Shown here piece after piece: positions 8,557 to 16,780 of a stretch of DNA of 32,000 nt. Within the stretch, counting starts at the first letter, position 1. The number at the start of each line of letters is the position of its first letter. The DNA is taken from positions 2,430,001-2,462,000 of the forward strand of contig NC_020409.1 of the NCBI RefSeq assembly GCF_000341895.1. The letters are read 5' to 3'. The notes beneath the pieces are model-generated. The model was given only the letters and a program-made list of their open reading frames with translations. It was not told the DNA's origin and ran no database searches. Both the position numbers and the translations under genes were made by a program. Source of the stretch: Pseudodesulfovibrio piezophilus C1TLV30 (GTDB taxonomy: Bacteria > Desulfobacterota > Desulfovibrionia > Desulfovibrionales > Desulfovibrionaceae).

Positions 8557-8638
8557 ACGCGAAGGGGAGATAGCGTAGCTCTGGTATTCTTGTTTAAGGC
8601 TATATAAAAGGCTCTCTGTAAAAATATCGGGAACGACG

Positions 8639-9433
8639 ATGCAAGGACACCCTTTAATCTCTATTGAAACATGGTTTGAGCGATTTGTTGACGGGTTTCG
8701 CACCAGAGCAGGGGAAAAAAAACTTTTTCTGGATCGGAAAGTCCGGCATATCAAGCGGGTACGAGCACATGTGCAGGAGATCGGAAAAGAGTGCGAGTGG
8801 AGCCGGAATATGGCTTTGGCCATGGATGTGGCTGCCCTTCTGCACGATGTCGGCCGTTTTCCTCAATTAGTGGAACGAAAAACCTATGACGATACTCTTG
8901 GCTACAATCATGCTGAAGAGGGTGCTCGTTTGCTGGCTCAGGCAGACGTTCTTTCGGTTTTGCCGGATTCTTTGCGGGATAGAATCCTTTGTGCAATCAG
9001 TTTTCATAATTGTGCCATCCTCCCCGGAGGGCTTGAGCCGGATTCCCGGCTCATTCTGGACGTCCTCCGGGATGCGGACAAATTGGATGCCGTCCGGAAT
9101 AATCTCAGGTATCTCAGTCCGGATGCCCCCCACAATACGGTCCTCAAGAGTGGGCTGCTCTGGGACGCGCAGCACGTCTCCCCGCTGGTTCTGGAGTTGT
9201 GTTTCAAGCGACAGCTTATTCCCTTCAATCAGATCCGGTGGTCAAACGATTTCATCCTTTTCCTGTGCTGTTGGGTCTATGATCTTCACTTCCCCTATAG
9301 CTTTAAACAGTTGCGCGAGTCAGGGCATTTTGCTTCGCTGCTTGAAAGACTTCCGAATAACGCAGACTTGATGCCGATCAAGCGGCAACTTGCCTCGGAT
9401 CTTGATTGGATGGCTGCCCAAAACAGAAGCTGA
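8639..9433 (+). CDS. HD domain-containing phosphohydrolase, specificity unknown
   Basis: HD signature AALLHDVGRF, with upstream His and downstream DADKLD. 264 aa. Confidence 0.75.
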   Translation: MQGHPLISIETWFERFVDGFRTRAGEKKLFLDRKVRHIKRVRAHVQEIGKECEWSRNMALAMDVAALLHDVGRFPQLVERKTYDDTLGYNHAEEGARLLAQADVLSVLPDSLRDRILCAISFHNCAILPGGLEPDSRLILDVLRDADKLDAVRNNLRYLSPDAPHNTVLKSGLLWDAQHVSPLVLELCFKRQLIPFNQIRWSNDFILFLCCWVYDLHFPYSFKQLRESGHFASLLERLPNNADLMPIKRQLASDLDWMAAQNRS

Positions 9434-9478
9434 GAGGCAGCCTTGACCCGGAGAGGATGGGCACGCTAGACTGCGTGC

Positions 9479-10090
9479 ATGGCCCCTCGCTACCCTATCC
9501 CCGCCACTGCCTGCCGAATGGAAGATTCCATCAAACGAAGCAGATTCATCGTCTCCGCAGATCACGCGCCGGATATGGATTCAGCTAAACGGTTTGTCGC
9601 CCTCATCAAGGAAGAATTTCCCGATGCGACCCATAACTGCTGGGCCTTTGCGGCTGGTCCTCCCGGCGATACGGCGCAGGTGGGTATGAGTGATGATGGA
9701 GAACCGCACGGGACAGCGGGAAGACCAATGCTCAATACGCTGCTTCACGGAGAGGTCGGAGAGATCGCCGTGGTCGTGACCCGTTATTTTGGTGGTACAA
9801 AGCTCGGTACTGGCGGGCTTGTCCGGGCCTATACTTCTATGGTCAATTGTGTTCTGGAAGGTCTGGTCACGAAAGAACGCGTGGAAACAGCGGCACTGCT
9901 GGTAACCATACCATACCAGGCGGTGACTGTTTTCAAGCGGATGCTGCCGGGGTATGAAGCCGAAGTGACAGAAGAATTTTTCACGGAGGAAGCGGCCTTT
10001 GCTTTGGTCCTCCCTTCAGAATATTTAGAAAGATTTTCCGAAGAGTTGCGGGAAATGACGGATGGGCGTGGGCGGGTCGAGGTAAAATGA
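9479..10090 (+). CDS. yigZ: IMPACT/YigZ family protein (UPF0029)
   Basis: Family motifs are present: HNCWAF, DDGEPHGTAGRPML and VVVTRYFGGTKLGTGGLVRAY. Confidence 0.9.
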   Translation: MAPRYPIPATACRMEDSIKRSRFIVSADHAPDMDSAKRFVALIKEEFPDATHNCWAFAAGPPGDTAQVGMSDDGEPHGTAGRPMLNTLLHGEVGEIAVVVTRYFGGTKLGTGGLVRAYTSMVNCVLEGLVTKERVETAALLVTIPYQAVTVFKRMLPGYEAEVTEEFFTEEAAFALVLPSEYLERFSEELREMTDGRGRVEVK

Positions 10091-10173
10091 TTGCCCGATT
10101 ACAGTTGCAATGGATGACGGATTTAGGCTAGCCTTGTAGACAAAAGTTTAACAGCAAACAAAACACACGTTTC

Positions 10174-10626
10174 ATGTCAGCACACAAACTCCGCGCGATC
10201 TACAAGCAACTCGGTGACAAGATAGATGAAGCTAGAGAGTCCGTTCTCTTCGAGATCAAGGAACTCAAAACCGACCTCAATGAACTGCAACGACATTTTT
10301 CCGGTCGTAAGAAGGCGACCGATGTTCAGCCAGACGACATATTGCGTTCAGCGTATGAAATAGCTCACCGGATACGGGATATTCGCCAACGGCAGGAAAT
10401 CCTGGCCGAAATGGAAGACGTGGCGGCGGAAACCGAGGCTCTGCAATATCTCGAATCCCGTGGAGCTAAATTGTTGTCTCGTCCTGCTGGCTGGCATTTT
10501 CAAACCGCCAAGGAACGCTTTCTGTTGCATGGAAACGACCCGGTTCAGGCTGCCGGGGAACTCAGGAAGCTGCTGGGCGCGGGTAAACGGCTGAAGAAAC
10601 CTCGGAAGAAGAAGTCATCTTCATGA
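10174..10626 (+). CDS. hypothetical protein, predicted helical/coiled-coil with polybasic C-terminal tail
   Basis: 150-aa ORF with no motif I recognise. The tail reads GKRLKKPRKKKSSS. There is no SD; the ATG is preceded by a CA-rich leader (10151-10168). Confidence 0.55.
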   Translation: MSAHKLRAIYKQLGDKIDEARESVLFEIKELKTDLNELQRHFSGRKKATDVQPDDILRSAYEIAHRIRDIRQRQEILAEMEDVAAETEALQYLESRGAKLLSRPAGWHFQTAKERFLLHGNDPVQAAGELRKLLGAGKRLKKPRKKKSSS

Positions 10627-10704
10627 AAAAGCACGGCCTATCTTGACTTTCTCTCGATGGGCCGCATCTCTGTGCAGAGTCCTCAAAACAACAACAAACA
10701 ACAA

Positions 10705-11316
10705 ATGGATATTCTCATGACCAAACGTATTTGTCTGGCCCTGGTTGCCATGATGCTCACCATGTCTCTGGCCGGATGCGGCTACAACTCCATGCAGCAG
10801 CAGGAAGAAGAAGTGTTTGCAGCCTGGGGGAACCTCGAAGCTGCCTTGCAACGTCGTTCCGATCTCATCCCCAATCTGGTGGAAACTGTAAAAGCGGCGG
10901 CAGGGCATGAAAAAGAAACCCTTCAGGCCGTGGTCGAGGCCCGTGCCAAGGCGACTCAAACAAAAATCTCTCCCGATATGCTGGGCAATAAAGAAGCTCT
11001 TTCCCAGTTTCAGGCAGCGCAGGGTGGTCTTTCTTCAGCCCTGTCCCGTTTGATGGTCGTGGTTGAGCGCTATCCGGACATCAAGGCGAATCAAAATTTT
11101 CTCGGTCTTCAACACCAGCTTGAAGGCACGGAAAATCGTATCAATGTTGCTCGTCAGCGCTACAACGATGCCGTTAAAATGTTTAATTCCTCAATTAGAA
11201 GCTTCCCGAATTCATTGACTAATTCTGTCATGCTGAAGTTGGAGCGCAAGGAATTCTTCCAAGCTGATCCCGGAGCCAAGGTCGCCCCCAAGGTCAACTT
11301 CGGCGACAAATCCTAG
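10705..11316 (+). CDS. lemA: LemA family lipoprotein
   Basis: Lipobox [21 protein letters not shown], then the LemA core [37 protein letters not shown] and [12 protein letters not shown]. Start is ATG 10705 or 10717; the track start at 10657 would add a non-signal extension. Confidence 0.9.
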   Translation: MDILMTKRICLALVAMMLTMSLAGCGYNSMQQQEEEVFAAWGNLEAALQRRSDLIPNLVETVKAAAGHEKETLQAVVEARAKATQTKISPDMLGNKEALSQFQAAQGGLSSALSRLMVVVERYPDIKANQNFLGLQHQLEGTENRINVARQRYNDAVKMFNSSIRSFPNSLTNSVMLKLERKEFFQADPGAKVAPKVNFGDKS

Positions 11317-11325
11317 GGAGTCCTC

Positions 11326-12120
11326 GTGCGTACATTACTTTCCGCCGTCTTCGGCGCACTTCTCGTGGTCTTGCTGGCCACTGGGGCATGGGCGCTGGAT
11401 GTGCCGCCTCACAAGGGATACGTCAATGACCTGGCTGAGTTGATTTCTCCGGCTACGCGAAGGATTCTGGAGCAGAAGCTGGCTGATCTTGACCGAAGCG
11501 ATTCTACGCAGGTTGCTGTGCTTACAATCCCGTCCCTGGAAGGAGATTCCATGAATGATTTCTCCATACGGGTGGCTGAGGAGTGGAAGGTGGGACAAAA
11601 AGGAGAGGACAACGGCGTCATCCTTCTTGTCAGCAAGGCAGACCGGCAGATTCGGATCGAAGTCGGCTACGGGCTTGAAGGAGTCCTCACGGATGTGCTT
11701 TCCGGGCAGATCATCAACAATGTCATCAGTCCGCAATTCAAAGCTGGTGATTTTGACGCTGGTTTTATGGATGGAGTGACAGCTATCTCCGGTGCGGTTC
11801 GTGGAGAATTCAAGGCGAAACAGGCCAGTAAGCCCCGGAGTCGGCGGGGAATCCTGCCACTTCTCGTTATCCCCATGATGTTGATCATTGGGTTGACTGA
11901 AATGTTTGGTCGTGCCCGACGCCAGGGACAGCTGGTCGGTGATGACGAGAATGATCCCAGACGCCGGGGAACGGGGCTTGGCTCGACTGCGTCAACTCTC
12001 CTGCTTCTTTCTATGCTCGGCGGCGGGCGTGGTGGCGGAGGCGGTTTTGGCGGAGGCGGCGGTTTCGGCGGTTTTGGTGGTGGTGGCTTTGGCGGCGGTG
12101 GAGCCGGTGGTGGATGGTAA
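11326..12120 (+). CDS. TPM domain-containing protein (YgcG-like), secreted/membrane-anchored with a Gly/Phe-rich tail
   Basis: GTG start with a GGGAG SD. Signal peptide ...ATGAWA, then the TPM core GYVNDLAELISPATRRILEQKLADLDRSDSTQVAVLTIPSL, one TM helix and the Gly/Phe-rich tail. The gene begins 9 nt after lemA. Confidence 0.88.
   Translation: MRTLLSAVFGALLVVLLATGAWALDVPPHKGYVNDLAELISPATRRILEQKLADLDRSDSTQVAVLTIPSLEGDSMNDFSIRVAEEWKVGQKGEDNGVILLVSKADRQIRIEVGYGLEGVLTDVLSGQIINNVISPQFKAGDFDAGFMDGVTAISGAVRGEFKAKQASKPRSRRGILPLLVIPMMLIIGLTEMFGRARRQGQLVGDDENDPRRRGTGLGSTASTLLLLSMLGGGRGGGGGFGGGGGFGGFGGGGFGGGGAGGGW
12019..12117 (+). repeat. low-complexity GGC/GGT/TTT coding repeat (Gly/Phe tail of the TPM protein)
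   Basis: Encodes GGGRGGGGGFGGGGGFGGFGGGGFGGGGAGGGW. It also generates a spurious poly-Pro antisense ORF. Confidence 0.9.
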
Positions 12121-12135
12121 GCGGGGAGTGAAAGC

Positions 12136-12780
12136 ATGACAACACTGGCAGAATCTTTTTTGACTCAGGAAGAGCAGGACGCATTGATCCAATGCGTGGT
12201 TGCAGTGGAAAAACAGACCTCGGGTGAGATTGTCCCGGTCATTGCCTCCACAAGTAGTGAATACCCGACAGCCAATCATCTCGGCGGCTTATTACTCGGC
12301 ATGATCCTTGCCATTTGTGTGGCAATGGTTCTTGGCAACGAGGATATGTGGGTTTTTCTGGCCCTCTTTTGTCCCGGATATCTTCTCTTTTCCCGACTCA
12401 TGTTTGCCATTCCGGCATTCAAGAAACTCTTCATTTCCAAACGAGAGATGCGTGCCGAGGTCGAAGAGTCTGCATTGACATCCTTCTATCTTAACGGATT
12501 GCATCGGACACGGGACCTGACCGGTATCATCATCTATGTTTCGGTCTACGAACGCTCTGTGCAAATTCTTGCAGACAAAGGAATTAATGATAAAGTTGAT
12601 CCGGCTGTCTGGAATGACGTCGTCGTTCAAATCACGCAGGGTATCAGGGAAGGACGCGCCGGAGCAGCCCTTTGCCAGGGCATCACTCGATGCGGGGAAC
12701 TGATAGTCGAGCATTTCCCCATCAAGGATGATGATACGGACGAACTGCCCAACCTTATCATTGAGGGACAGGCTCAATAG
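12136..12780 (+). CDS. TPM domain-containing membrane protein (second TPM gene of the LemA operon)
   Basis: GGGGAG SD. The N-terminal TPM segment LTQEEQDALIQCVVAVEKQTSGEIVPVI is followed by two hydrophobic helices, and the domain then resumes at TGIIIYVSVYERSVQILADKGI. The gene begins 15 nt after the previous one. Confidence 0.8.
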   Translation: MTTLAESFLTQEEQDALIQCVVAVEKQTSGEIVPVIASTSSEYPTANHLGGLLLGMILAICVAMVLGNEDMWVFLALFCPGYLLFSRLMFAIPAFKKLFISKREMRAEVEESALTSFYLNGLHRTRDLTGIIIYVSVYERSVQILADKGINDKVDPAVWNDVVVQITQGIREGRAGAALCQGITRCGELIVEHFPIKDDDTDELPNLIIEGQAQ

Positions 12781-12835
12781 AAAAGCCGTCCGACTCTGGT
12801 CAAGGCGTTTCCCATAACTGGTGACGAATGAACGG

Positions 12836-12872
12836 AATCCCCCGGAAACATGAGTTTCCGGGGGATTTTTCC
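12836..12872 (+). terminator. intrinsic terminator after the LemA-TPM-TPM operon
   Basis: AATCCCCCGGAAAC-ATGA-GTTTCCGGGGGATT is a perfect 14-bp stem followed by TTTCC. An A-run precedes it, so it may also act weakly on the minus-strand PKS transcript. Confidence 0.75.
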
Positions 12873-13003
12873 TGGAAAATATTTTTCCATGGTTTCTATT
12901 CTTTTCGCCAATTTTTCCACTTCCTCCTGTCGTGAGTCCTTTTGTGAGTATGAGTAGTCAGGGGAAGAACGTCCTAGAGGAAAACAACTCGGAATAACGC
13001 TCC

Positions 13004-14194
13004 CTATACTTTTTCGAAAATCATTCCGGCCATGGTCAAGCCCGGCCCAAATCCAAGGCTGAGGACAAGTGTTCCCTTTGCAATGTCTTGATCGCGAATG
13101 AGGCGGTCCCAGAGATGCGGGCAGGCGGCGCTTGACATATTGCCTCGGTCAAAAAGCAACTCGCGGCTGTGTCGCAGGGCTTTTGCAGGAAGATGGAGCT
13201 GCTCTTCGATAAAATCGAGTATTTTCGGGCCACCTGTATGAATGGCATATGCCATGGTGTCTTTTTGAGATGCCAAATCAATGCATGCTTTGGCACACAA
13301 GTGGTGCGTGAAATCCAGGCAATGGTCTCTGATCTGGGTTGGCACTGATTTGGAGAGGTGCAAGGCAAAACTGTGCGTGTCTATATCCCACGTCATTGCA
13401 TCGGCAGAAGCGGGAAGGAGTTGCTCATGCATGGCTATGAGGCGAAGTCCTCCATTTTCGGGAGTATATTCTGTACCGGGAACTACTGAATATTTGATGA
13501 AACCGTCACCGAACAGGGTGAACGCGATAATATCTTCCGGTTCTCGCGCTGTTGGGTTCAGGTGGAGAGAAAAGTATTCGGTATGGAGAATGTCCACTCT
13601 CTTGTCACCCCTATGGGTGGGAAGAGCGAGTGAAGTGTGCAGCGCTCCGGCAGCGGCTCTCACAGCAGGGAATGCAGCGTAGCATCCTAAATGGTAAATA
13701 TGGGAGACGACTGTTTCGGTCCATCCCTTGTTTGCGAGGAACCGCTGGGCGGGGCTGGGGGCAGAATATCCACTGCTGGTGACGTGGATCAGGGTCTCCG
13801 GTGGTGTCTGCTGCTGATGGTAGAGGCGGTTCAGTATCCGTTCCGCAAGACGGGCGTTTTCTTCCATTCTGACTCTGACAGACATTTCATACGGAAAGTT
13901 ATCGATACAATAAAACCCTTCATTATGAAGTTTTTTTGATGGTGACGATTGGTTATCTGTCAGAGTGAGGGCGTAAAGTTCCCGTGAGTGGATGTGCTCT
14001 GGAGAGACAGCGAAATATTCCACGGATTCCCGAACAGATCTTTCGACTGCACTTGGTTTTTCTGATGGAGTGTGCGCGCAAATGTATCGGGTTATCAGTT
14101 GGATCAGGTATTCGATGCTCTTCTCTTGCGTGAGGGGAGTGGTGATGGAGAGAGGACAAAAATCTGTCAGTATGATGTCGGATGGCAGGTACAT
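13004..14194 (-). CDS. type III polyketide synthase (chalcone/stilbene synthase superfamily)
   Basis: GAGGGG SD 6 nt upstream of the ATG. Motifs are YHLGC(171)YAAFPAVRAAAG, LFGDGF, AIH(319)TGGPKILDFIEEQL, GN(352)MSSAA and SLGFGPGLT, which give the Cys-His-Asn triad and the GFGPG loop. Confidence 0.88.
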   Translation of the reverse strand: MYLPSDIILTDFCPLSITTPLTQEKSIEYLIQLITRYICAHTPSEKPSAVERSVRESVEYFAVSPEHIHSRELYALTLTDNQSSPSKKLHNEGFYCIDNFPYEMSVRVRMEENARLAERILNRLYHQQQTPPETLIHVTSSGYSAPSPAQRFLANKGWTETVVSHIYHLGCYAAFPAVRAAAGALHTSLALPTHRGDKRVDILHTEYFSLHLNPTAREPEDIIAFTLFGDGFIKYSVVPGTEYTPENGGLRLIAMHEQLLPASADAMTWDIDTHSFALHLSKSVPTQIRDHCLDFTHHLCAKACIDLASQKDTMAYAIHTGGPKILDFIEEQLHLPAKALRHSRELLFDRGNMSSAACPHLWDRLIRDQDIAKGTLVLSLGFGPGLTMAGMIFEKV

Positions 14195-14457
14195 GGATTC
14201 CCCTCGGGCATATGCAGTCGAAAATTAGTGGGTTGTACGGTTGGTTGTCACCGGGAAGAATTGAGGCGGATCTTCTTCACCTCATTGTGTAGACACAGGA
14301 AATCGGTCGGGTGTACCGCGTGGCGAGAGACCGTCCGGTTTGGCTGATCAAAGACCGTTTTGGGCACCTGGCAAGGATATTTTATCCCAAACAGTTACCA
14401 CCTTTTGATGACGAGAAAGAGTTGGGGAGTCGTCTTTTCGTGAAATGGGCAGTTTTT

Positions 14458-15678
14458 CTAGAAAAAGGCGCTCATAATAGTGTCTATTTGTTCTTGATAC
14501 TGAAGCGCAGCTTCTTCGAGGAACGGAGAGGGGGCAATGCCGAGGAGTTCCCATGCTGCTTCATCGATACCGGGCAGAACGTACATGCCGCCTTCTGAAA
14601 TTGCCATTGCATTGGCGAGGTTATCCGCAATATGAACGATGGCCGGTTCCAGTGAATTGGCGAATTCCATGGGATTATGATGGAAATTGATAATGTCGGA
14701 AAGGCTTTGGGGAAATTGCCATGCCGCGAGAAGCGCTTTGCTGATGTCGGTATGGTTGAAATCCATGATCGAGTTTTCCGCCTCAACCAGAGGAATGGAA
14801 TTTTCTCGGGCAAAGAGCATGGCTTCGGTGGAGGCATAAGGGAGTTTCTTGAACATGATCAGGCGGCCCACATCGTGGAGAAGCCCGGCTATGAAAAAGC
14901 GTTCAGTGGAAAGGCCTGTCTGCGTTCCTGCCAGAATCTTTGAGAACACCCCGCAGGTTATGGAGTGCCGCCAGAAAGTTCCCATATCAACCAACTCGGG
15001 GGGGATATCCTTGAAATAGTTGATGGCTGAAATGCCGAGAGCAAGGGTTGACAATTCCTTGGCTCCGACCAGGGTCACGGCGCGGCTGATGGAATCAATG
15101 CTTTGCGGGAACCCGTAGAGCGGCGAATTGACGAGTTTTATCAATTTGGCAGCAAGGCTCATGTCCGTGCTGACAACCTGAGCGATCTTTTCCGACGAGG
15201 CGCTTTCGTCCTGCAATATCTCTCTGATGCGGAAATAGATGTCCGGAAAGCTGGTCAGTTCGGTTTCATGGCTGGCAATAACTTCCGGCGATCCCATGCC
15301 TTTGAGGAAGATGTCTTCCATATGCTCGACATTGGCAGCGCGGCGGGTATTGGCATCCGGCAACTCCCAACCAGAGGCCACGGCTTTGGCAGTAAGCTCC
15401 AGAACAAAGTGGAATAATTCAACGGCAGGAGGGAAATCGGGATTCACGTACAGGAAAAAGTCACGGACATAATCTTCTATGTCACGCAGGGTCTCTTCAT
15501 CCAACGGACCAAGGTCTTCCTCCACTTCCGCTTGCGTGGCACCGACGCGCCTAAGCAATTCGAGGTGGCGGTCCTCCAGTTCCGTTCCGGACTTGAAGAG
15601 CAGTCTTCCGTCTTCGGCCTTGAGGTCCGAGGCCAGGACCATGCCTGCGGCAAGCTCTTCCAAGCGTTTGATTCCCAC
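14458..15678 (-). CDS. HDOD domain-containing signalling protein
   Basis: GTG start with an AGGGAGA SD. HDOD core: KLVNSPLYGFPQSIDSISRAVTLVGAKELSTLALG...FWRHSITCG...AGLLHDVGRLIMF. The N-terminal ~120 aa resemble the regulatory N-domains seen on HD-GYP proteins. Confidence 0.85.
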   Translation of the reverse strand: MGIKRLEELAAGMVLASDLKAEDGRLLFKSGTELEDRHLELLRRVGATQAEVEEDLGPLDEETLRDIEDYVRDFFLYVNPDFPPAVELFHFVLELTAKAVASGWELPDANTRRAANVEHMEDIFLKGMGSPEVIASHETELTSFPDIYFRIREILQDESASSEKIAQVVSTDMSLAAKLIKLVNSPLYGFPQSIDSISRAVTLVGAKELSTLALGISAINYFKDIPPELVDMGTFWRHSITCGVFSKILAGTQTGLSTERFFIAGLLHDVGRLIMFKKLPYASTEAMLFARENSIPLVEAENSIMDFNHTDISKALLAAWQFPQSLSDIINFHHNPMEFANSLEPAIVHIADNLANAMAISEGGMYVLPGIDEAAWELLGIAPSPFLEEAALQYQEQIDTIMSAFF

Positions 15679-15715
15679 TTCTTTCTCCCTTCGTCTATGG
15701 AGCTGGGACCAATCC

Positions 15716-16594
15716 CTAGCCTTCCTTCTTGTAGGCGATTGTGCCTGGGTGATAGACTGGTTTGAAACTTTTGGACACCGTGTGTAATGTCTCCGAATGT
15801 CCGAGCATCAGATATCCTTCGGGCTGAAGATTATCGTAAAATGCTGAAACAACCCGTTGTTTCATATCCTGATCAAAATAGATTATCACATTTCGACAAA
15901 AAACAATATGTGAACGAGGGACCCGTTTCAGCGAAGCCGGATCATTGAGATTCATTTGCTGAAACGAGATCAGTCGAGCAACGGTCGGTTTGACTTTCCA
16001 GCCTTCAGGGTCCTTGGTGAAATACCGTTGCTTGATGGCATCGGGGGTCGTCTTGAATGCGTACTCGCCATAGACGCCTTTTTTTGCCCTTTCGATCATG
16101 GGAGGGGAAAGGTCCACTGCAGTGATCTTTATTTTCCATTTTGCCAACTCCATGCGCAGGGCCTCATGGAGTAGGATGGAAAGGGTATAAGGTTCCTCAC
16201 CGGAAGAGCATCCAGCAGACCATATGTTGAGTTCCAGCCTGCCTTTGGCACGCTGGGCATCAAGGACTTCCTTCAGCACTTTGTCCTGAAAGGCTTCCAA
16301 CTGCTTCATGTCGCGGCAGAAGCTGGTTTCATTGGTCGTCACCATCTCATAGAGCTTGGAAAGCTCCTGGTTCTTTTTCAAGTCGTATTTGAGATAGTTG
16401 ATGTAATCGGAAAAGTGCGCGAGCCCAAGCTCGTTGAGTCGTTTGGAAAAACGGCTTTCAAAGAGGTATTTCCGCTTGCTATCGACGAAGATGCCACTTT
16501 TTTCATAGATGAAGTCACGTAATTGGACGAACTCATCCTCGGAAATGCTGACACTTTTGCGAAGCGATATGGAACTTGAAAACAGAGAGCCCAT
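15716..16594 (-). CDS. cheR: protein-glutamate O-methyltransferase CheR
   Basis: SAM-binding motif IWSAGCSSGEEPYTLSILL, plus FCRNVIIYFD and the N-terminal helical CheR domain. The gene ends 37 nt upstream of the HDOD gene. Confidence 0.9.
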   Translation of the reverse strand: MGSLFSSSISLRKSVSISEDEFVQLRDFIYEKSGIFVDSKRKYLFESRFSKRLNELGLAHFSDYINYLKYDLKKNQELSKLYEMVTTNETSFCRDMKQLEAFQDKVLKEVLDAQRAKGRLELNIWSAGCSSGEEPYTLSILLHEALRMELAKWKIKITAVDLSPPMIERAKKGVYGEYAFKTTPDAIKQRYFTKDPEGWKVKPTVARLISFQQMNLNDPASLKRVPRSHIVFCRNVIIYFDQDMKQRVVSAFYDNLQPEGYLMLGHSETLHTVSKSFKPVYHPGTIAYKKEG

Positions 16595-16780
16595 CCACCT
16601 ATCCTTACTGACAGGGCATTCCCAGCCCGCGTTACAATTTTATTGTTACATTCGAAAAGTTACCCATAAAATTGCTGGACTACAATTAGATTTTCTTCCG
16701 TCATGGTTTTTTTGAATTTTCAAGAAGTATCACAGACGGCATGAAAGACGAGAAAAAGGCAGTGGAGCGCGAAAAAATGC

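Noticed and set aside
11667-12137. A 156-aa ORF encoding long poly-Pro/Lys runs (PPPAPPPPKPPPPKPP...).
   Set aside because: It is the reverse complement of the GGN-rich Gly/Phe tail and body of the TPM protein, so it is an antisense artefact.
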